Shown here: positions 49,960-64,000 of the stretch, piece after piece
Numbering within the stretch: the first letter of the stretch is position 1
Layout of the letters: every line of letters begins with the position of its first letter
Assembly: GCA_000004695.1 (NCBI GenBank)
Contig: CM000150.2
Coordinates: 3,488,001 to 3,552,000 of the forward strand
Reading direction: 5' to 3'
Length of the DNA: 64,000 nucleotides
Origin: Dictyostelium discoideum
Taxonomy: Eukaryota
Program-made: the position numbers and the translations under genes
The notes under the pieces: generated by a model
Seen by the model: the letters and a program-made list of their open reading frames with translations, nothing else
Databases searched by the model: none
What the model was told of the DNA's origin: nothing

Positions 49960-51386
49960 ATGTCACATAAAGATAGACGTGGAAATTCATCAAATGATGG
50001 AAGTTCTTGTAAATTTTCTTTTTTTTTTTTTTTTTATCAATTTAACAAATAAAATAAAAATACTAATTTTTGGAATAAAATAATAATAAAAATAATAATA
50101 ATATTAATAGTTAAGTTAAATGAAACTTTTACATCAAGTGAAGTTGAAGTTAAACCAACATTTGAATCAATGGGATTACGTGAAGAATTATTAAGAGGTA
50201 TTTTTAATTATGGATTTGAAAAACCATCAGCAATTCAACAACGTGCAATTTTACCAATTATTAAAGGTAGGGATACGATCGCACAAGCACAATCAGGTAC
50301 AGGTAAAACAGCAACATTTTCAATTGGAGCATTACAATGTGTAGAAGTGAATGTAAGATCACCTCAAGTTTTAATATTATCACCAACAAGAGAGTTAGCA
50401 CAACAAATTCAAAAGGTAGCATTGGCATTATCAGAGTTTATGAATATTCAAGTCCACGCATGTGTTGGTGGAAAGAATTTAAGTGATGATGTTAAGAAAT
50501 TAGAGACTGGTGTTCACATTGTTAGTGGTACACCAGGTCGTGTATTAGATATGATCACTCGTAAATCACTTCCAACTCGTCATATTAAAATGATGATTTT
50601 AGATGAGGCCGATGAGATGCTTTCATTGGGTTTTCAACAACAAATTAATGATGTATATAGATATTTACCAAATGGTACTCAAATCGTATTAGTATCAGCT
50701 ACTCTAACACAAGATGTAGTTTCAATGACTGAAAAATTTATGACAAAACCAGTTCGTATCCTATTGAAACGTGATGAACTCACTTTGGATGGTATCAAAC
50801 AATTCTTTGTATCTGTAGAGAAAGAAGATTGGAAATTCGGTACACTTTGCGATATCTACGATAGTCTTACAATCACTCAAGCTGTAATTTTTTGTAATAC
50901 TAAAAAGAAAGTAGATCAATTAACTGAACAAATGCGTGATGCTAATTTCACTGTAGCCTCAATGCATGGTGATATGGTACAAAAAGAAAGAGAAGAAATT
51001 ATTAAATCATTTAGATCTGGTGAAAAGTTTGGATTTTTTTTTTTTTTTTTTTTTTTTCTTCTTCAAAAAATCATAATTTCTGTTAATTAATTGATTCATA
51101 TACTAATTATTATTTTATTTTATTATTATTTAGTCGTGTTTTAATTACAACAGATATTTTAGCTAGAGGTATTGATGTTCAACAAGTTTCATTAGTTATA
51201 AATTATGATTTACCAATAGATCGTGAAAATTACATTCACAGAATAGGTAGATCCGGTAGATTTGGTCGTAAGGGTGTTGCAATTAATTTCGTTAAAAACT
51301 CTGACATTAGAATTTTAAGAGATATTGAACAATTTTATTCTACTCAAATTGATGAAATGCCTGTAAATTTTGCTTCAATCATTTAA
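49960..51386 (+). CDS. DEAD-box RNA helicase eIF4A-III (exon-junction-complex helicase, FAL1/eIF4A3 type). Exons: 49960..50008, 50111..51026 (uncertain 3' end), 51134..51386.
   Basis: Exon 1+2: [87 protein letters not shown].. (human eIF4A3 [55 protein letters not shown]). DEAD, SAT and HRIGRSGR motifs present. The eIF4A3-specific C-terminus [26 protein letters not shown] is present. The exon2/3 junction needs a GTTTGG donor to keep frame (gives ..FRSGEN|RVLITTD). Confidence 0.9.
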
Positions 51387-51580
51387 AAAAAAAAATAAAT
51401 AAAAAATTAATAAATAAATGGAAATATATTGAAATAAAATTATAAATATTATTTTTTTTATAAAATTATAATTTAATTATTATTAATTATTTATTTTTTA
51501 CAATTAATATAATAATAATAATAATAATTTTATTTTATTTATTCATTTTTTTTTAATATTACTTTATATTTTATTTTTTT

Positions 51581-53510
51581 TTACTTTTTAGCATTCATTA
51601 CTTCAAGTTTTGTTGAATTTTTAGGTTCTAATAAAATTGATTGTTCATAAGTATCATCTTCAAATTTTTTCTTATCACTCATATGAGGTAATTCACAAAG
51701 GAAACCTAATACTGAAGGTTTTGGTTTAATTGTATAACCTTGTTGTTGATATTGTTGGATTTCCAAAATGGTATTAAAGATCATTTCTCTCTTTTTAAAG
51801 TTAATTAAACCTTTGATTTCATCTTGATTTCCATCTTCAATAAAGGTTAAATCGGTTAAATAGATACCCAAGTATGGTATTAATGGTGGACATGTTGAAT
51901 GAATTATATCACGATATACTTTATGAGATTTTTTGGTATCCAGGAATTTACATAGGAAATCGAATTTCTTTTGATACTGTTTTGAGATTAATGATTTGGT
52001 ATGATTTAAACGATAAACTCCACTTGCCATTAAACCACTTAAGCCAGCTAATAGTCCATTGAAATTTGAAAGTTTATAAAGTGCATAACAAATCTTTATC
52101 ATTTTTAACATCATTTTCGATCTTTGTTTAATATCGTTCTCTCTAAGTATTGCCCAAGAAACAAATGAACTAAAACTATTGAATCTATTGACCATCGAAG
52201 CAATATTTGGTGTATTGGTTTTTTGATCAGGTTTTGACCAAGCTTGATTCAATAATTCAATCTCTTCAATGGATTTATAGGAATCGAAATCTAACAAAGT
52301 TAATTGTTCAGCAATATCAGTTGAACTTTGTGAGAAAATAAACTCTGTTGAATATTTCATCCAAAATATCTTTGCCTTTGGTATACCTTGGCCATTATTT
52401 ATTATTGGTAATTGTAATCTATCTTTTTGTTTTTGTTGTTTAAATTTCTTTAATATTAAATCACTATATTGGCCATGTCCATTTCTTCTTGTTGAATTTA
52501 AAAATGCTGTTAACATTTTAAATAATGATGGTTGTTGTATTGTGCTATTTTGTAAATTCGTACTTTGTTGTAATTGAGGTTGAGGTTGTTGTGGTTGAGG
52601 TTGTGGTTGTGGTTGTGTCGTTGAGTTTTGTATTGGCTGAGTTGATTGTGTTGTAATTTGTGGTGGTTGTTGGAAATCACTTGGATATTGTTCTATCCAT
52701 AATCTTAAAACATTTAAAACTCTTAATTGTATTGGAATTTGAATTTTTTGAACAAATTGATATGGTACAATATTCTTTAGATTTGGTGTAAAATAACGTT
52801 GAATTAATTTCATTAAGAATATATCACCTGTTGTAAATGATCTATAAGTTGTGATAAAAGTTTTTGTGAATCTTAATTCGGTATTTGATTCACATGTTAA
52901 CTTTAAAATCAATTGATTCAACGAAGCATATTTAATTGATCTATAGAATTTATCATCAATATTGGTATTGTTTATATAGTAAACGTTTATGTCTTCCTTT
53001 TCTTCTTCTAACCAAATAGAAGTATCAACTTTATCTTTACTAGTTAAATGATTGTAAACCTCCATAAAACTTTCAATTGCATATTGTAATTGATTCTCTT
53101 CGAATGATGATGATCTCGATTGCAATCCACCAACAATACCACCATTACCAACACTCAATGTTGTACCTAATCCACCGCCACCACTTCCACCAATACCATT
53201 TGAAGGCATTATTGGTTGAGGTTGTGAGAAATTACCAGTTGAAAATGATTTACCAATACTTCTATTATTTATCATTACATTATTTGAACTTGAACTTAAT
53301 AAATGGTGATGACTATGATTATATTCACGATTATGATTATGAAATTGGTGTGGTGGTAATAATAGATTTGGTGTTGATGAATTTGGTGAATTTGTTGATG
53401 ATACATTTGCTAAATCACCAATTGTTGTTGAACTTGATAATGTTGATGTTGATGAATTATTATAATTATGACCACTTTTATTTGTTTCATTTTTATTTTC
53501 ATTTTTATTT

Positions 53511-53584
<74 letters not shown>

Positions 53585-53818
53585 GGGATTGTTGGCATTG
53601 TTTGTATTGCTATTTTGACCTTCTTTTCCCATTAATGAATTTAATATATCCATTGTATTTAATTGAAAGGTTGGTGTTGATTCAGCAGAGTTATTATTTT
53701 GATTTACAACACCAAACTTTCCACCAGTAGCATTATAAACTAACATTGATGTAGGCGAGATTGAGGAATAGTGTGGTTTTCTATTTAATTGTTGTTGTTG
53801 TTGAGATTGAGATTGTAT

Positions 53819-53915
<97 letters not shown>

Positions 53916-53938
53916 GATTGAGATTGTATTTGTTGTGG

Positions 53939-53993
<55 letters not shown>

Positions 53994-55220
53994 AAAATTT
54001 GTTGAATATGATGTTGTGAGGCAGCAGATGATGGAGTTTGAGTTGAGGATGAAAATGATAGGGAAGCTGATGAAGAAACAGGTGTTGTATAAGAACTTGT
54101 ACTTGCACTACTTCCACTTGAGGTATTTCTTTTTACATAAGTCATTGGTGAATCGGTAGATAAAGAATGTGATAGAAATAAACCACATTTCGGAGATGAT
54201 ACTGATTCATTATTATTACCACTGTCAACATAATAATTTGAACTTAAATTATTACCAATTAATTTTGTATATTCTTTTGAAAATGTATCCAATTTCGATA
54301 AAACTTTATTTATTGTTAAAACAATATCATCATCTTTTGATGACGAGTATGAAGATGATAGCAAAGAGGAATGAGAAGATTTAATTGTATTTGATGGATT
54401 AGTTGTAGTGTTTGTAGTGGTTGTGGTGGTGGTAGTAGTGGTTGTAGTATTATTATTTGTAAAAATATCCATTTCAATGAAATCCAAATGATCACTAATT
54501 GAAGGGAATAATTGTTGGGTAGAATAAAACAATTGGTTTGAAACTTCACTTAATTCTTTACTTTTCTTTCTTGTATCTGTTAAATCAATTAATTGAACTT
54601 GGTATAAGAAATCATTTGAATTCTTTATTAGAGATATGAATATTTCTTGTGCTATACAATAGGATGTATTATTTTCAAATAGTATTGAAATATCTTTATT
54701 ATTATTATTATTATTATTATTAATATATTCTTCATCAGTTAGATAAGTATCCAATAGCTCATATAAATAATTTTGAATTTTTTTACATTGATCCATAATT
54801 TCCAAATAAACTTCTTGAATTAATTGAATTTTAAATGATGGAGATTTCATCATTTTCAAAGCAGGTTTTTTATATGGTACATTATTGTTATTATTATTTG
54901 TATTGTTATTATTGTTATTATTATATACATTTAGATTATTTCCATAAGTAGTTGTTGTAGTTGTTGTGGTAGTTGTTGAATTGGTATTTGTTGTATTTGT
55001 ACAGTCAGTGTAATTACTCATTGTATCATCACAATCGATATAACATGATGATGATTGAGTTGGACTATTAATTACACTATTATTACCAGTTTTACTGACA
55101 TTAATACTTATATTATTTGAATTATTACTATTATTATTATTATTATTACTACTATTGGATATATTTGAATTATTGTTACTATTATTATTATTATTAGAGT
55201 TAATAATGCTATTATTATTA

Positions 55221-55257
<37 letters not shown>

Positions 55258-56525
55258 TATTATTATTATTATTGTTATTATTACTAAATGTTAAAGTATT
55301 AATATTATTATATGAAGAATTACTTGGTGATGAAATCGATGGAAATGAAGAAAGTGATAAATTTAAATCGTTCGGTGAATTAATTTCCTCACTACTTATA
55401 CTATCATTACTGTCTGTCATATCGATATTCGAACCACTATTTAAAATTAAATTTGGATTATTCCAAAAATGGATTTTCAAAAACTTTTTTAATTGCTGAA
55501 ATAATTCTATCCTTTTTATATTTATATCACCTGTTTATTTTTTAAAATTAAATTATTTTTTTATAAAAAAAATGTTAATAATACTCACATTTATGAAAAT
55601 TAAAAATAGAAAAAAAAAGTGAATATAATAAACATACCATGATAAAATTCAAATTTAATTTCTTTTAATAAAAATTTTACAGATTTTACAACACTATATT
55701 TTATAGATGGATTTATTAAATTTGATTGTTTTAATAAATTTTTACAATCTTTTTCTAATTGAATAATTGATTCTTTAAAATCCTATAAATTTTTAAAAAA
55801 AAAAAAAAAAAAAAAAAAGATAAAAAAAAATTATATATATTAATATTAATATATATATAAATCTATATATATAAATCTATATCTATCTATATGAAAAATT
55901 AAAATAATTAGTTTTTAAAATATAATTTACAATTAAATTTGTTTTATATTTTCTATCAGTTTGTTCAGTTGTATTTGATTTTAAATTTACTAAATTTGAA
56001 AGTTGTTTTTCTATATTTGATATTATTTCTAATGTTGAAATTCCAATAAATTCTTCACATTTAATAAATTGTTTTAAAATTGGAAATTTTCCAAGATAAT
56101 CAATTTCTTCAATTAGAAAAGTTTCATTATCACTCTCTACTATTATAATACCTTTATTCAGATTAAAATATTGTGATCCCATTGAAGAATTTATAATTAT
56201 ACCATTGTTATTAATATTACTACCATTTCCATTATTATTATTATTATCCCTATAATTATCCATCCTTCTACCTATTAAATTCGATATATTATATATTTTC
56301 TGTTGTTTTTCATTTTCTAAAATCTATAATTATTATTATAATTTTTTTTTATAATAAATTAAATTTTAATAAATTATTTTTGTTTTTTTTTTTTTTTATT
56401 TGGAGAGAAAGTCTTTCTCTTACTTTTAAATATAATTTTTTATTTTCTTCTATAAAGTCGAAAGAAATTACTTGATCTAAGGTATTGAATCTATTTTCAT
56501 TCCAACCCCATAAAATTACAACCAT
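51581..56525 (-). CDS. Large RasGEF (REM/RasGEF_N + CDC25-homology catalytic domain) with poly-N/poly-Q/poly-T tracts. Exons (minus): 56424..56525, 55931..56323, 55638..55782, 51581..55530. About 1529 aa.
   Basis: The 3' exon carries a RasGEF_N region (..FYRSIKYASLNQLILKLTCESNTELRFTKTFITTYRSFTTGDIFLMKLIQRY) and a CDC25 domain (..SKMMLKMIKICYALYKLSNFNGLLAGLSGLMASGVYRLNHT...YRDIIHSTCPPLIPYLGIYLTDLTFIEDGN). Upstream exons are joined by GTAAGA/TTATAG (phase 0), GTAAAT/TTATAG (phase 0) and GTATGT/AAACAG (phase 1). The first ATG is at 56525 (MVVILWGWNENRF..). The 5'-most exons are less certain. Confidence 0.8.
53800..54000. repeat. (TTG)n on plus = (CAA)n on the coding strand. Encodes two long poly-Q runs in the RasGEF.
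   Basis: A direct gttgttgtt... run. The antisense ORFs (poly-V, poly-L) in the track are artefacts of this repeat. Confidence 0.85.
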
Positions 56526-56932
56526 TTTATTGATTTCTATAATTTCTTTCCTCAAGAGGAAATTTTTTTTCTTTTTTTATTACTTTTTTTTTATTTCTGT
56601 TTGTTTTGTTTTGTTTTTTTTATTTTTTGTTTTTTTTATTATTATTTTTTTTTTTTTTTTATTCTTTTTTTATTCTTTTTTTTAAAAATAATCTCTTTAA
56701 AGTGTTTTCACATGTGCTCTTAATTTTCAACTAAATTTAATCTATTCTAAATTAATTTATTTGGCAATGCTATTTTTAATTTTATCGAATTATTTTTAAA
56801 ACTCTACAAAATGGGAAATTTGAAATAAATAAAATACTATAATCCTGTTATAATAATAATAATAAATAAAAAATAAAATAATAATAAAAATAATAAAAAT
56901 AATAATAATAAACCTTTTGATTGTATTTTGAT

Positions 56933-56986
<54 letters not shown>

Positions 56987-57365
56987 TATTTATTTTTTTT
57001 TTTTTTAATTAAAAAAATTATAAATTATTTATTTATTATATATAACTATTTATTTATATTTTAGGGAGCTTGTTGTACATAAGTTTTTTATTATTATTAT
57101 TATTTTTATTATTATTATTATTATTATTAATATGTGTGTGCTAGTGGTGGTTGTTGTTATTATTTGGATTTTTTATTTTTACAATACAATTATTGGTGGA
57201 TTTGATTGATTAATGATAACTATTATTAATTTAATTATTTTTATTTATTATTATTTTATTGTTAATATTAAAAAAAATAAATAAATAAATAAAAAAATAG
57301 AAAATAAAAAAAATAAAAAAAATAAAAATAAAAAAAAAAAAAGAAAAATTTAATAATGAGCTCTT

Positions 57366-57420
57366 ATTTTGTGTGAATGTGTGTGTGTGTGAGTGTGTGT
57401 GAGTGTGTGTTGTTTTGAGT
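57366..57420. repeat. (TG)n-like microsatellite (gtgtgaatgtgtgtgtgtgtgagtgtgtgtgagtgtgtg), ~850 bp upstream of the RasGEF start. It is CA-rich on that gene's sense strand.
   Basis: Seen directly. Confidence 0.7.
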
Positions 57421-57673
57421 GTGGTATCCACATATATAAAAAAGAGTGTGCTAGTAATTTTGATTAAAAAAATACACCACAGAAGCTTACCATTACCTTT
57501 TATTCTCAACTTTTTTTTTTTTTTTTTTTATTTTTATTTTTATTTTTTCCAATTATTATTATATTTTGTTTCTGTACTAAAATTTATGTTGTGATTAAAA
57601 AGGACTGTTATTATCATTATTATTAACATGTTAATATTATTATTATTATTAATTTAATAATGAATTTTAAAAA

Positions 57674-57708
<35 letters not shown>

Positions 57709-58329
57709 CTTTAAAATACAAAATATTCATATTGCTAAATTTATATAAAAAAGCTATTTTTATACAATCACAATCAATTCTCCTATTAGATTTTCAACAC
57801 ACAAGCACACCCCATGCAAATTTTAATTTATATATACATATTTTTATATATATTTATATACAAGTTGTCAAAATAATCAGATCTTTTATTTTTTATTTTT
57901 TATTTTTTTTTATTTTTTATTTTTTATTTTTATCTGGGTTATTTTCAATAATAAATAAAAATAGAAAAAAACAAAACTATTATTAATTTAATTTTAATTT
58001 TTTTTTTAATTTTTTTTGTTTTTTTAATTTTTTTTTTTTTTTTTTTTTTTCCAACAGTTAAAAAAAAAACAATAATAATAAAAACAATAAAAATAATAAT
58101 AATAAAAATAATAATAAATAAAAAATATTAAAACCATAGTTATATATAAAAGAGAGGTTAATGAATGACACTAAACAATTAATCCAATAACCTGCATGCA
58201 TTCATACAGATAAAAACTACTAGTTAATATTTCATCTTTGAAATTTCCACACACTCACTCACAAAAAATTTGAGTACACTAAACAAGATTCAAAGAGATT
58301 AATTAAATAAATTGGAGATGGGTGAATGA

Positions 58330-58371
<42 letters not shown>

Positions 58372-58582
58372 TAATTTAAACAATTTTTATTATAATCTAA
58401 ATGTTGATTGTTTTTGATTTAAATCTAAAAATAATTTTTGAAGTGCATGGTGGTGTTTTAAAAAGGAAATTTATTTTTTTTTAAAAAAAAAAAGGAATGA
58501 AAAATAAAATTAAAAATTAAAATTAAAATAAAAATGAAACAATTATAAAAAAATAAATAAAATTATAAATTATAAAATTATA

Positions 58583-58613
<31 letters not shown>

Positions 58614-58767
58614 GTTGAACAAAATTTTAAAATAAATTTAAAAATATAAAAATAATAATGGTATTTAAAGTTTTTTTAATGATTTTGATGTGATCAAAAA
58701 TAAACAAAAAAAAAAAAAAATAAAAAAAAAATAAAAAAATAAAAAAAAAAAAAATTAAAAAAACTCA

Positions 58768-58804
<37 letters not shown>

Positions 58805-59013
58805 ACTTATTTTATATATTATTTACACAAATTCACCTTTCTCACACAAACTCACTTAACTCACCCCAAACCAAAATAACCTATTGTATATAAATTGATA
58901 AACGTATTATTAAATACTCACTTTCACTCACTTCACTCTCACTCTCACTCCCACTGCATTCTTCACCTCCAAAACAAAACTATAAATACTTATTTATTTA
59001 TTTAATAAAACAC

Positions 59014-59055
<42 letters not shown>

Positions 59056-59266
59056 GCAAATTTGTTAATAGTAAAAGCAACCCACACTCACTCACTCACT
59101 CACACACAAAACATTAAAAAACAGAAAATATAGAATATAATATAAATATAGACACACACTCACCCTCACTCATATATATACAACATACATTTAAGTACAA
59201 AGAAAGACAAAAACAATAATAATAAATAATAATAATAAATAATAATAATAACAATAACTGATTTAA

Positions 59267-60768
<1,502 letters not shown>

Positions 60769-61386
60769 TTAGTGTATCATTAATCAAACCTAAAATAAAA
60801 AAAAAAAACTAAAAATAAACAAAAAAAAAATAAAAATAAAAAAAAAAATCTAAAAATAAACAAAAAAAAAAATAAAAAATAAAATAAAAAAAAAAAAATT
60901 TTAAAATAAATAAATAAATTTTAATAATAAAAAATAAAATATAAAGAAAAAAAATAAAAAAAGGAATAATTACTTAGCAATTTTTGCTTTTTATTTTATT
61001 TTTTTATATTATTATACATAAACAAATTATAATTTCGGATAAATGATAAGGATTTATCTTATTGTCGGGGACATTAAATGTAATATGATATTTTAATTAT
61101 TATTTTTTTTTTTTTTTTTAATTTTTTATTTTTTTTTTTTTTTTTTTATTTTTTTTAATTTTTGAAATTTTTTTTTTTATTTTTTTAATGTTGTTCAGAC
61201 TTTTTTTTTATTTTTTATTTTTTATTTTTTATTTTTTATTTTTTTTATTATTTATTTTTTATATATATTAAAAAAGAAATCAATAGCAATAAAATATTTA
61301 TACAATAAAAAAAAAAAAAAAAAGTTTATTAGAGTTGTTGTCCATTATTATTATTTTTTAAACTTTTTTTTTTTTATAAAAAAAGA

Positions 61387-64000
<2,614 letters not shown>

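Noticed and set aside
53761-54159. Antisense or frameshifted ORFs inside real genes (poly-V 53761..54159, poly-L 53789..53995 and 62422..62679, poly-I/V/M 34624..34821, 26026..26319, 14474..14704, 15319..15642, 47480..47887, 40768..41004)
   Set aside because: They lie opposite or out of frame in well-supported CDSs (RasGEF, FHIP, SETD3, the S18 protein, dcsA, the G8 protein). Their sequence is dictated by the sense-strand repeat.

Overview
This window is AT-rich eukaryotic nuclear DNA, almost certainly Dictyostelium (very likely D. discoideum). The AT content is extreme, with long poly(A)/poly(T) tracts and (AAT)n/(CAA)n microsatellites that encode poly-N/poly-Q. Introns are short and GTAAGT...AG bounded. 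One intronless ORF of exactly 1059 aa carries the D,D,D,QxxRW glycosyltransferase motifs of cellulose synthase dcsA. There are no prokaryotic features: no CRISPR, operons or defence islands. I can support about 24 protein-coding genes, with splice junctions reconstructed by hand. The ORF track often opens on TTG/GTG/CTG pseudo-starts and reads through introns, so I did not take its ORF boundaries at face value. The best-supported genes are dcsA, a mitochondrial HIBCH-like hydrolase, proteasome beta-3, eIF4A-III, CNOT9/Rcd1, a CELF/Bruno-like 3-RRM protein, a MINDY deubiquitinase, a SETD3-like methyltransferase, a KCTD9-like BTB-pentapeptide protein, a Golgi-type sulfotransferase, a tandem pair of TMEM256 (DUF423) genes, a G8-domain CEMIP/TMEM2-like secreted protein, a large RasGEF, a UBX protein and an FHIP-like protein (3' partial). 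The most unusual local structure is a ~1.5 kb segmental duplication (sulfotransferase 3' end plus a TMEM256 gene) whose upstream breakpoint is filled by a ~320 bp degenerate period-8 G-containing repeat. Other second-look items are a SETD3-like enzyme with a His/Gly-rich C-terminal tail, an 824-aa protein whose only recognisable domain is a C-terminal ribosomal S18 fold, a ~4.5 kb gene-free AT desert upstream of dcsA with G/T-rich (CAE/G-box-like) islands, and a 17-bp perfect inverted repeat carrying a DUSE-like TCCCACAA motif upstream of the KCTD9-like gene. No tRNA, rRNA or transposon ORF could be supported.
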